A stretch of 24,000 bases of DNA from Phycisphaeraceae bacterium (GTDB lineage: Bacteria; Planctomycetota; Phycisphaerae; Phycisphaerales; Phycisphaeraceae), in assembly GCA_002704825.1 (NCBI GenBank), contig PAIY01000049.1, forward strand, positions 17,470-41,469, in the 5' to 3' direction. Position numbers and translations under genes: made by a program. Position 1 is the stretch's first letter; each line of letters begins with the position of its first letter. Shown one piece after another: positions 1 through 7,755 of the stretch. The notes under the pieces are model-generated. The model worked only from the letters and a program-made list of their open reading frames with translations, was not told the DNA's origin and did not search any database.

Positions 1-1866
1 CGCTCCGGGTGCCAGTTGGATCACCTGCGAGACCTGATCGACGGGCAAAGCCTTGCCCCCCTCCGGTGCATTGGACTGCCAGACGACCTTGGAGACGCGC
101 GAGATTTCAAGGCTGCTATCCGTCGGATTGAAGGCCAATGTCACATCCGACTGACCGGCACGTTGAACCTTGATCGCAAGGATACCTTCTGCCAAAGTCT
201 CAAGCGAGGCTTGATGACCGGCTTGCCCGATCTGGGAGACGGATAATCCGTAGCCGTAGCTGTCACCGGCCTGATGCGTTTGTTTGTCCGTCACATCAAT
301 CCAGAACGACCGCGTCTTTTCCTTGACAGTGTACGGCTCGATCTTTGTCACCTGCTGCCCCCAAACCTGCACCTGCAAGGCGCCGCTTTGGACCATCCGA
401 CCATTGGCTGAATCGAGCACCACGTCATGCCCCATCGCGACATAGCCACGCGGCAATGCCTTGTCCGTATCCTTGTCCGCCATCACGCTGATCCAACCCG
501 CTGCCCCCTGCTCATCAGCAAACCAGAGTTGGGCAAGCTGCCAATCACCGGGCTGAGGTTCGGGGAAGTTGGCAAAGAAGGGTTGACGGGGTTTGAAAGT
601 CCAAGCGCTGGCAATCCAGTTCTCTCCCACCACGCAACGTCGATTCGCAATGGCGTCGGTGCTGGCGGTGATCAGTGACTTGGGACGGTCATGCGGTGAG
701 GTTGCGCCATGGCGCAACACCGGCAAGGCGGCGACACTCAAATACCCCTGATAACCAAATCGCTCTTCCCCCGTCACGACAGTCACGCCAATATTGGTGT
801 CCGCATACGCTTTACCCGGCATAACCACCTGCCAGGCATCCTTACGCAGTTGCGGGCCGCCAATGTTGGTGTTGTATCTCAGAATGTCTGAACCCAAAGG
901 GACATCACTCCGGATCGTCGGGTCCCAGAAGTACATTGCGTAATAGCCGAACATGTACGGTTGACCACCATGCTCGATGCGATAGCGAGCAATGCTTCGG
1001 GTCAACGGATCACGTGACAGCCCCGCAGCAATCTCAACGCCATGCATCGGACCGCCCTGTCCCCAATGATGCTTCCACCACGGTGCGGATGACGCTTCCA
1101 TCAAGCCGTTGGCAAGCACGTCATGCGAATAACCTGCCAACTTGATCAACCGCTCTTTGGCTTCTTCATCACGCGAGAGCTGGTAGTACCGCCCCAGAAA
1201 TGTCGCATCAAAACCGTAGTAAACCTGTGACGGCCCGGATTGGCGGATGTAGTTGAACGCGCCATCTTTGTTCTGCAATGTCGCAGCGGTGTCCACGAGT
1301 TGTTTGGCACACTTCGCGTACTTGGGCTGATCGTAAATCAGACTCGCCAATTGCAGGATGGTGGCAGACTGATGCAAGGTGTTGGGCGCGACGGAGGTCC
1401 AACTGTCCTTGGCAACATTGAGTTGATAGTTCTTCTCCGCCAAAGGCAGGATGTCTGCTTTCCACTTGGCAAGCTTCTCCGCTGGCGGATTCTCCGCACG
1501 TTCCCAAAGTCGCAGACATTCCAGATTCCCCGTCAAACTCCAGAACGTTTCCTGCTTCTCAACGGCTTTGGCAACTTCCTTGTCAAAAAGTTCAATTGCC
1601 TGCTCGTGGAGTTTGGCATCGTTGCAAAATTTGCTCTCCGGCGCGGTCGCTCCCCATGTCAACCAGAACGCACTGGGACGCTGGGATCGTGCCCGCTGGA
1701 CATTGGCGTGCGCCAGTTTCACATAGGGATTATCCACCGACTGAATCGCATCGGGATTACCACACCAGTCCGATCCACCACGAAAACTGCCGGGGTCCGC
1801 AAAGGCAAGACCAGTGAAACTCAAACTCAGAACAAGCACGACCGTGATCGCTTGATGAAGTGACAT
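1..1866 (-). CDS. Secreted protein, 3'-truncated by the window edge (622 codons visible). The helical N-terminal part and beta-rich C-terminal part suggest a possible polysaccharide lyase or hydrolase.
   Basis: Absent from the ORF track because it has no stop inside the window. My manual reverse-strand translation from ATG at 1866-1864 stays open to position 1. The N-terminus MSLHQAITVVLVLSLSFTGLAFA/DP is a typical Sec signal peptide, and AGGA lies about 7 nt upstream. The helix-rich region (QNKDGAFNYIRQ..., WWKHHWGQGGPMHG) is followed by beta-rich sequence. It is co-oriented directly downstream of the LacI and pseudopilin genes. The family assignment is not established. Confidence 0.8.
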   Translation of the reverse strand, partial: MSLHQAITVVLVLSLSFTGLAFADPGSFRGGSDWCGNPDAIQSVDNPYVKLAHANVQRARSQRPSAFWLTWGATAPESKFCNDAKLHEQAIELFDKEVAKAVEKQETFWSLTGNLECLRLWERAENPPAEKLAKWKADILPLAEKNYQLNVAKDSWTSVAPNTLHQSATILQLASLIYDQPKYAKCAKQLVDTAATLQNKDGAFNYIRQSGPSQVYYGFDATFLGRYYQLSRDEEAKERLIKLAGYSHDVLANGLMEASSAPWWKHHWGQGGPMHGVEIAAGLSRDPLTRSIARYRIEHGGQPYMFGYYAMYFWDPTIRSDVPLGSDILRYNTNIGGPQLRKDAWQVVMPGKAYADTNIGVTVVTGEERFGYQGYLSVAALPVLRHGATSPHDRPKSLITASTDAIANRRCVVGENWIASAWTFKPRQPFFANFPEPQPGDWQLAQLWFADEQGAAGWISVMADKDTDKALPRGYVAMGHDVVLDSANGRMVQSGALQVQVWGQQVTKIEPYTVKEKTRSFWIDVTDKQTHQAGDSYGYGLSVSQIGQAGHQASLETLAEGILAIKVQRAGQSDVTLAFNPTDSSLEISRVSKVVWQSNAPEGGKALPVDQVSQVIQLAPGA

Positions 1867-1923
1867 ACGAAATCCTTATACCATTGTGAAACTGATTGTT
1901 TTGTTGCAAGGGATGAAACGAAT

Positions 1924-2625
1924 TTAAAAGTTGGGCGGAGAACGCTGGTCGTAATTCAGCCAATACTTGCCGGGTGTGTATGCATGCACGAGAGGCAGAA
2001 TGCTGGCGGAGACGGCGATGACCTGCCCATCAAGAAAGCTCATGTTCACGGCATTGTCGCTATGACGTGTTGCCAACGCACCGTCGGGCGCCAAAGAGAA
2101 TTGGCCATCCGCATTGATCGCAAGACGCACACCTTTATCCGAGTCCACCGTAAAGACTTTGCCCTTGGTGTAGCGATAATCGCGCATGCGATGTGCCGGC
2201 CAGATCGGTGCTTCGCCCCCTGCTTTGCTGCCAAGTCCGGTGCTGACAAGATACGAAGGTGAATTGGAAGTATTGCCTTGGGGTTTGGAAGGGCAGTTGA
2301 AAATCTCACTGCCCGGTTCGGTGGGATTGGGCATGCTGGACTTGTTGCCGACATACCGAGCCAACCGATCCATCGACGCCTTGGTGGCATACTGATTCCC
2401 GCTGGTGGGATTGTTATTGCTATAGCCATGTGGCAGATAATCGTTGTTCTCATCAATGTACATCACGTTCGCCAGGTAGAGTTGGCGTTGGTGATTCAGA
2501 CAGATCACGCTGCGTGCTGCTTTGCGTGCGCTACTCAGTGCCGGCAGCAGGATGGCGATGAGCAGACTGATGATGCTGATGACCACGAGTAATTCAATCA
2601 ATGTGAAAGCATGCTTCCTTGTCAT
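1924..2625 (-). CDS. Prepilin-type N-terminal cleavage/methylation domain protein (DUF1559 / H-X9-DG-like pseudopilin paralog)
   Basis: The N-terminus [30 protein letters not shown] is the canonical type IV pilin/pseudopilin leader plus hydrophobic helix. The C-terminal [16 protein letters not shown] resembles the H-X9-DG motif, with one extra residue. ATG at 2625 is preceded by AGGAG (2632-2636, reverse strand) at a 6-nt spacing. The track start at 2658 is a TTG extension. Confidence 0.9.
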   Translation of the reverse strand: MTRKHAFTLIELLVVISIISLLIAILLPALSSARKAARSVICLNHQRQLYLANVMYIDENNDYLPHGYSNNNPTSGNQYATKASMDRLARYVGNKSSMPNPTEPGSEIFNCPSKPQGNTSNSPSYLVSTGLGSKAGGEAPIWPAHRMRDYRYTKGKVFTVDSDKGVRLAINADGQFSLAPDGALATRHSDNAVNMSFLDGQVIAVSASILPLVHAYTPGKYWLNYDQRSPPNF

Positions 2626-2661
2626 GGGAAACTCCTGTGGTTTTAAGCTTATTTTCAAGGC

Positions 2662-3675
2662 TTATACGGATACCTTCCCGCCACACGACTGGCGGATGAT
2701 CAACTGGGGTTGGACCCAGATATTGGTTTGGGTGACTTTTTCGGGCTGCGTGAGTTTGTCGATGAGCAGTTGTGCAGCTTGCATGCCGATCTGGTCAGCC
2801 TGTTGACTGACGGTACTCAAACGCGGTCGGATGTACTGGCCTTCCTTGAGGTCACCGACACCGATGACCGCGACATCTTTGGGAACGCGCAGGCCGGCAT
2901 CCATGAGTGTTTCAATTGTGCCGATGGCAGCCATATCGGTGGAAGCAAACACCGCAGAGAACGTCTGTTTGCTTGCAAGCAATTGCTTGATGCCTTGTTG
3001 GGCTTCGGTCAGGCCAAAGTCATTTTCCACTTCGACAGCCAACGGTTTGAGTCGAGCGTCGGACATCGCCTGGAGATAACCTTCATGTCGTTTGCGACTC
3101 ATGTTACCAATGGTTGGCGAATAGAGATGCGCGATGTGTTGATGGCCTTGTGCAATCAGATGCTCCGTTGCCATCCGGCCGATCTTCACGTCATCGACAT
3201 CGACAAAGGGAATCGCCATCTCTTCAGGCTGACCGTCCAGCAGGATCATGTTGACCTTGGCTTTGTGCAGCCGCTTGATCAACGATTGATGGTCAGGCCA
3301 CCACGCGGTGATGATCAAACCATCCACACGGCGCTGACGGAGCATGGTGATCTGCTGATCAAGTAACTTGGCATCGGAATGAAACTGGCAGATGAGAACT
3401 TGATAGCCCAACTTCGCCGCCTGAGTTTCGATGGCATTGAGAATCTGCGGGTAGAACGAATAGGTCACCGACGGGATCACCACACCCAGCACATGCGTCT
3501 GCTTGGTGCGCAGTGACTGGACCAATGCGTTGGGCTGAAAGTCGTACTTCCTGACCAGTTGCATGATCTTCTCACGCTTCTGGGCACCGACTTTATGCTC
3601 GCGCCCATTGAGCACGTGACTGACGGCGGTGCGCGATACTCCGGCTAGGTTGGCAAGTTCCTGAATGGAGATCAA
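2662..3675 (-). CDS. LacI-family transcriptional regulator
   Basis: The N-terminal HTH is MISIQELANLAGVSRTAVSHVLNG. It is followed by a periplasmic-binding-protein-like sugar-binding core (VLGVVIPS..., DGLIIT..., VIGVGD). The length of 337 aa is typical of the family. Confidence 0.93.
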   Translation of the reverse strand: MISIQELANLAGVSRTAVSHVLNGREHKVGAQKREKIMQLVRKYDFQPNALVQSLRTKQTHVLGVVIPSVTYSFYPQILNAIETQAAKLGYQVLICQFHSDAKLLDQQITMLRQRRVDGLIITAWWPDHQSLIKRLHKAKVNMILLDGQPEEMAIPFVDVDDVKIGRMATEHLIAQGHQHIAHLYSPTIGNMSRKRHEGYLQAMSDARLKPLAVEVENDFGLTEAQQGIKQLLASKQTFSAVFASTDMAAIGTIETLMDAGLRVPKDVAVIGVGDLKEGQYIRPRLSTVSQQADQIGMQAAQLLIDKLTQPEKVTQTNIWVQPQLIIRQSCGGKVSV

Positions 3676-4052
3676 GGTGTGGCTCCTGTGTCACGGACTA
3701 CTAAGTATCATATGTGACCTAGCTGTTTTTTCAACATTTCAATGCAGTTTTTTTTGTATCTCAAATCGCTGTGATTGATCGGAACGGCCGATTCGCCATC
3801 GTCTCTGAGCCTTACCCCCGCACAGATTCGGACAGATGCAAAAGAAAATCGGGGAATTTTTTCACATTGCCCAAGGTGCATCTCCGTCTGAGCAGGTTCT
3901 ACGTGCTGCGCCTGCCATTGAGCCCGGACGAGAATTTTTTTCAGCTTTCTGTGCTTGCCTGGCTCAAGTTTGGATGTCTGTTACGCCCAGCATCGCAACC
4001 AACGGGGTCTGCGGAAAAAAAGATGACACGCAAGCACAAGCGAGTTGAAGAA

Positions 4053-4820
4053 ATGAACAAACACCTCATCACCACCATGTTAAGTTGCCTCATCCTTGTT
4101 GGACTGAGCAACTTTGCCAAAGCCACCTACTACTACGACAACTGCAAGTACGATGGCAATGTCGTTGTCCGTGACTCAAGTGCCTCCTCAGGTTACTACC
4201 TCAGCGGCACCAAAGACACCGACCTGCAAGTCGAAAAGCAATACGGTGGCTACAACAACATCTCCACCGGCACACTGAACCTGGACATCCGTGAAAAGAC
4301 CAACCCCGGTTCGAACCCTGCCAGCTGGTACAACTTCCAGGCTTACTGCCTTGAAATGAATCAGACCGCCAAATTCGACACCAATCCCACCGACACCTAT
4401 GGTTGGACCTACCAGACCTCAAGCCTTGCTGGCTACAGCGGCATCAGCAGCTCGGATGTCACCTTCCTGGGTAAGCTCTGGGCCAACGCGTTTGAAACCT
4501 CCAAGACCGGCGAAGTCGAAGCTGCAGCCTTCCAGGCCTTGGTCTGGGAAACCGTGCAGGACAGCAAGATCGACCTGGACGATGACAACTTCGACCTTTA
4601 CCGCACCAACGGTTTCACCAAAGATGTCTACGCTCTTGCCAACGAATGGATCGACAACATCAACAACGGCATCTGGACCGACACCGTTGACCTGTATGTC
4701 CTCAAGGACCACTGCTCACAGGACTTCATCACCACGGTTCCCGAACCCACCAGCATGGCTCTTGCACTCGTCGGTGGCCTGATGCTTCTGGGTCGCGGCC
4801 GTCGTCAGCGTATCGCATAA
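4053..4820 (+). CDS. PEP-CTERM-anchored secreted surface protein with TED/TQXA-like Cys and Gln motifs
   Basis: The C-terminus VPEPTSMALALVGGLMLLGRGRRQRIA has the PEP motif, a TM helix and an Arg-rich tail, which together form an exosortase sorting signal. The signal peptide is MNKHLITTMLSCLILVGLSNFAKA. An alternative start lies at 4023 (MTRKHKRVEE...). The track start at 3771 (GTG) adds 94 implausible residues. Internal motifs are AYCLE (Cys codon 4347-4349) and AAFQALVWE (Gln codon 4533-4535). Confidence 0.88.
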   Translation: MNKHLITTMLSCLILVGLSNFAKATYYYDNCKYDGNVVVRDSSASSGYYLSGTKDTDLQVEKQYGGYNNISTGTLNLDIREKTNPGSNPASWYNFQAYCLEMNQTAKFDTNPTDTYGWTYQTSSLAGYSGISSSDVTFLGKLWANAFETSKTGEVEAAAFQALVWETVQDSKIDLDDDNFDLYRTNGFTKDVYALANEWIDNINNGIWTDTVDLYVLKDHCSQDFITTVPEPTSMALALVGGLMLLGRGRRQRIA

Positions 4821-4873
4821 CATCAACAACAAGTCAGTGACCACAGGGGGTCCGAATTCAACCCCCTTGTGCA

Positions 4874-4917
4874 ACACAGGCCCGGTCGCAGAGACGCACT
4901 GGGCCTGTGTTTTTTTG
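4874..4917 (+). terminator. Rho-independent terminator of the PEP-CTERM gene
   Basis: A 10-bp perfect stem pairs ACACAGGCCC (4874-4883) with GGGCCTGTGT (4901-4910). A T7 run follows. Confidence 0.8.
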
Positions 4918-4964
4918 TTTGAGGGAGTCGTGATTAGGGATTAGGGAGCAGGTATAAGACACTT

Positions 4965-5002
4965 TGTCTTCGCGAGCCGGTTTCCGGGGGCGTGTCGATC
5001 CG
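4965..5002. repeat. Left copy of a short GC-rich intergenic repeat (TGTCTTCGCGAGCCGG ... CGTGTCGATCCG)
   Basis: The 16-nt block at 4965-4980 is identical to the reverse complement of 5398-5413. The block at 4991-5002 matches the reverse complement of 5386-5397. The two blocks are separated here by TTTCCGGGGG. Confidence 0.7.
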
Positions 5003-5017
5003 AAATCAAGACACGCA

Positions 5018-5257
5018 TTACGAGGTCCACTTCGCGATCTCTTTGAAAATCTCCAAAGCTTTATCGCCAACCAATCCGCAAACAATGCCACAGGCCAGTG
5101 GCACCACGACGAGTATCCACCACTGATCCATGTCAGTCACCCACCACATCAGACTGATCGCAATGATCAAGCCCAGGACAAGTCCAATGAGTAACGCCGC
5201 GATTCGCTGAGCAATGAGATCAAGCATGGTGAAAAGAGTTTGGTTTGATTGTTTCAT
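5018..5257 (-). CDS. Small two-helix membrane protein (79 aa), hypothetical
   Basis: This is the distal part of track ORF 5018..5716. The sequence MKQSNQTLFTMLDLIAQRIAALLIGLVLGLIIAISLMWWVTDMDQWWILVVVPLACGIVCGLVGDKALEIFKEIAKWTS has two clear hydrophobic helices. It starts downstream of the pgi terminator. No convincing SD is present, so the call is tentative. Confidence 0.5.
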   Translation of the reverse strand: MKQSNQTLFTMLDLIAQRIAALLIGLVLGLIIAISLMWWVTDMDQWWILVVVPLACGIVCGLVGDKALEIFKEIAKWTS

Positions 5258-5303
5258 TTTGTCAATGACAATTCGATTCCGTGATGCGTGACAGAATGAA
5301 GTC

Positions 5304-5352
5304 AAAACAAAAACCGCGTCACATGTTGGACACGTGACGCGGTTTTGTTTTT
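5304..5352. terminator. Hairpin terminator downstream of pgi, with U-tracts possible on both strands
   Basis: The stem pairs CCGCGTCAC (5314-5322) with GTGACGCGG (5334-5342). It is flanked by AAAACAAAAA on the left and TTTTGTTTTT on the right. Confidence 0.75.
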
Positions 5353-5382
5353 GATATTCACATAACGCTACAGATGGTCTGA

Positions 5383-5413
5383 CCGGATCGACACGATCCG
5401 GCTCGCGAAGACA
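5383..5413. repeat. Right (inverted) copy of the intergenic repeat; contains the hairpin CCGGATCG-ACA-CGATCCGG
   Basis: Positions 5384-5403 are the exact reverse complement of 22335-22354 (20 nt). Positions 5398-5413 are the reverse complement of 4965-4980 (16 nt). Confidence 0.75.
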
Positions 5414-5426
5414 TGACTTCCGGGGG

Positions 5427-7007
5427 TCAGGCCTTGTAGCGGAAGCGGCCGCGGCTCTTGACGATGCCGCGTTTGTTGGCGGCCATGTGTTCAAGGATGT
5501 GGAACAAGGTTTCGACTTCGTGGGGTTGGCCCATCTTGTCAGCAATCTGTTCGACGGTGAGATTCTCGCCGGTCTCCTTAAGCCAACCGACAACCTTGCC
5601 CTGCAGTTCGAGGACAGTGGTCGCAGCCTTTTTGCCAGCTTCGACGCCGGGTTGATGGTAGGCGTTGATGTTGACCAACGTGGCATAGTAACCCACAGCA
5701 CGTTCGTAGAGAGCAATCAAACTGCCCAATGCCGGTGCGTCGAGTTTCTTGAGGGTGATGGTGATCGAGTCACGGCCCTTTTCACTCAGTGCGGTACGGG
5801 TACCTTGCCAGAAACCGTTGAGGTAGTCGCCGGAAGTGACGCCCTCTTCGACATCAGGCGCGGTCTTGGCGATGTTGGGTGCCCGGTCCTGAAGCACGAC
5901 GATGAAGGTGGCAAAGAAGTTGTTGACACCTTCACGCAGTTGCTGAACGAATGCGTGCTGGTCGGTGGAACCCTTGTTGCCATAGACAGCGATGCCCTGG
6001 TTGACTTCGTTACCTTCAAGGTCGAACTCTTTACCGAGCGATTCCATGACGAGTTGCTGCAGATACCGACTCATCAGAAGCAGGCGATCCTTGTACGGCA
6101 GGATAACCATGTCCTTGGCACCAATGCCCTCGGTGCAGTGAAGCCACATCAGGGCAAGGCGGGCAGCCGGGTTTTTCTTGGTGTCATCCAGACGGGTGAC
6201 CTTGTCCATCTCGGCAGCGCCTTGAAGCAGTTGATCAATGTCAATGCCTTGCAGTGCTGCGGGGAGAAGTCCGACCGCTGAGAGCACGGAAGTCCGACCG
6301 CCGACCCAATCCCACATGGGGAAAATGTCGATCCAACCTTCTTCCTTGGCAACATTGAAAAGCTGCGAACCATCGGACGTCACGGCGACGGCCTGCTTGG
6401 CGAACTCCAGATCCTTGGAAGCAAAGGCGTGCTGAATTTCGAGCATGCCGTTGCGGGTTTCCTTCGTGCCACCAGACTTGGAGATGACGACGACCATGGT
6501 GCTCTTGAGACGTGCACCGAGGTTGGCGACCACGCGGTCAAAGCCATCAGGATCGGTGTTGTCAAAGAAGTGAAGCGCCATCTTGTCACGCTTGGAACCC
6601 AGGCAGTCAGCCACGAGTTGCGGACCCAATGCCGAGCCACCAATACCCACGATCACCAGGTCGGTGAAACGCGAACTCTTGGGCGGTGTGATTTCACGGT
6701 CATGCACCTTGGCAGCAAACTGCTTGATGCGCAGGACGGTCTGCTCGATTTCGTGAGCGATTTCGTCATTGGGTGCCAGATGCGGGGTGCGCAGCCAGTA
6801 ATGTCCGACCATGCGACCTTCGTCAGGGTTGGCAATATCGCCAGCTTCCAGACCGCGCATCGCCTTGTAGGCTTCCTGCATTTTGTCTTCATGGTCGATG
6901 AAGAACTTGTTGGGGAAATCAACACGTGAAATATCAAGCTTCATGCCCACGGATGAGCATTCACAGAGATACTTGCGATAACGACGCCACAATTCCAACG
7001 AATCCAT
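5427..7007 (-). CDS. pgi: Glucose-6-phosphate isomerase
   Basis: Full-length similarity to bacterial PGI is recognisable ([68 protein letters not shown]). I chose ATG at 7007 because AGGAGG lies about 7 nt upstream. The track start at 7070 would overlap the upstream gene. Confidence 0.95.
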   Translation of the reverse strand: MDSLELWRRYRKYLCECSSVGMKLDISRVDFPNKFFIDHEDKMQEAYKAMRGLEAGDIANPDEGRMVGHYWLRTPHLAPNDEIAHEIEQTVLRIKQFAAKVHDREITPPKSSRFTDLVIVGIGGSALGPQLVADCLGSKRDKMALHFFDNTDPDGFDRVVANLGARLKSTMVVVISKSGGTKETRNGMLEIQHAFASKDLEFAKQAVAVTSDGSQLFNVAKEEGWIDIFPMWDWVGGRTSVLSAVGLLPAALQGIDIDQLLQGAAEMDKVTRLDDTKKNPAARLALMWLHCTEGIGAKDMVILPYKDRLLLMSRYLQQLVMESLGKEFDLEGNEVNQGIAVYGNKGSTDQHAFVQQLREGVNNFFATFIVVLQDRAPNIAKTAPDVEEGVTSGDYLNGFWQGTRTALSEKGRDSITITLKKLDAPALGSLIALYERAVGYYATLVNINAYHQPGVEAGKKAATTVLELQGKVVGWLKETGENLTVEQIADKMGQPHEVETLFHILEHMAANKRGIVKSRGRFRYKA

Positions 7008-7041
7008 GGCATACCTCCTGAGTGTTTGAGGTGAAGAAATT

Positions 7042-7701
7042 TTAGAACTGACTGTGTGTTTTCTGGACAATCAGACGGTGGCGTTGATTGGTGTTGGGCT
7101 CAACAAGCTCAACAAGCAACGCCGGGAAAGAACGATCCGGGCGAAAGAGTCCGGGAACGGGATACTTTTCGCCGTATTGATTCATCAGTAATTTGAGCGC
7201 AACCGAAGTCGTCTTGCCAGCGGGAATGGAATCCACACGCGTGACATAACGCTGATTGACCCAGACCTGCACATCGTTGTACGTCTTGACCGTGCGGTTG
7301 GTGATCTTGATCGACTTGCGATCCTGAATGACTGTCATGTCCAGGTCGCCAGCAAATTGCTCCTTGGACGCAGGATATTTCAGTGACCACAACGGCGGCG
7401 CACCGACCGGCTCCACAACCTCGGCTTTGACGTCAGCAGCCGGAACATCCTCGGCAACAGGTGTCGCAGACTCCGCAGGCGGCAGCGCAACCACGGCGTC
7501 ACCCTCCACGGGCGGCTGGGGGTTGGTGTCCATCACCGCGCTGGTTTCAGGCTCCGGTGTCGGAATGGCGGTGGTCTGTGTACTTTGATCCCCCGGTTCC
7601 CCCGTCGCCTGGCCAGCAGGTGTTGAGGACTTACAACCGGTGAACACGGTCAGACCCACGAGCAGCAAAAGGCATAGCAGTCTTTGCGCAAGATAATTCA
7701 T
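7042..7701 (-). CDS. Hypothetical lipoprotein with a Pro/Thr/Glu-rich linker
   Basis: [26 protein letters not shown] is a signal peptide with a lipobox-like FTGC. A low-complexity linker follows, then a roughly 120-aa C-terminal domain with no family I recognise. The gene sits 34 nt upstream of pgi on the same strand, so the two are probably co-transcribed. Confidence 0.75.
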   Translation of the reverse strand: MNYLAQRLLCLLLLVGLTVFTGCKSSTPAGQATGEPGDQSTQTTAIPTPEPETSAVMDTNPQPPVEGDAVVALPPAESATPVAEDVPAADVKAEVVEPVGAPPLWSLKYPASKEQFAGDLDMTVIQDRKSIKITNRTVKTYNDVQVWVNQRYVTRVDSIPAGKTTSVALKLLMNQYGEKYPVPGLFRPDRSFPALLVELVEPNTNQRHRLIVQKTHSQF

Positions 7702-7755
7702 GTACCCGTCATCCTTCTATTTTGAAGTCAAAATCGACCTGGGATTCACACTATA

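Noticed and set aside
1240-1863. Track ORFs on the + strand across 16-1863 (16..246, 427..678, 709..891, 936..1145, 1240..1863, 1451..1726, 1596..1817), plus the - strand ORFs 1208..1519 and 1757..1963
   Set aside because: All overlap the long uninterrupted minus-strand reading frame (1866 to 1), which has a signal peptide, an SD and protein-like composition. The + strand ORFs are Arg/Gly/His-rich shadow frames typical of antisense ORFs in GC-rich DNA.
2710-3366. 218-aa + strand ORF opposite the LacI gene, and ORFs 1984..2262, 2046..2456, 2186..2395, 2278..2592 and 2522..2806 around the pseudopilin gene
   Set aside because: These are shadow ORFs of well-supported minus-strand genes.
3813-3863. 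Possible c-di-GMP (GEMM-like) riboswitch upstream of the PEP-CTERM gene, suggested by the GCAAAAG segment between the CCCCG/CGGGG arms
   Set aside because: The conserved GEMM-I helices and tetraloop-receptor features could not be matched by eye. I have left it only as an 'unexplained long leader' finding.
3771-4052. N-terminal 94 codons of track ORF 3771..4820 (GTG start)
   Set aside because: The sequence MIDRNGRFAIVSEPYPRTDSDRCKRKSGNFF... is not signal-peptide-like. A canonical signal peptide begins at Met 4053 (or 4023), so the extension is treated as non-coding leader.
5018-5716. 232-aa minus-strand track ORF overlapping the 3' end of pgi
   Set aside because: Its upstream 153 codons are an out-of-frame read-through of pgi and the pgi terminator, with an Arg/Ser/Pro-rich composition. 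Only the distal 79-aa membrane-protein segment (5018-5257) is plausible.
5487-6281. 264-aa + strand ORF, and other ORFs (5458..5655, 5786..6019, 6149..6373, 6238..6435, 6380..6643, 6429..6929, 6653..6937) inside pgi
   Set aside because: They lie antisense to or out of frame with a full-length, clearly recognisable glucose-6-phosphate isomerase. I recognised no motifs in them.
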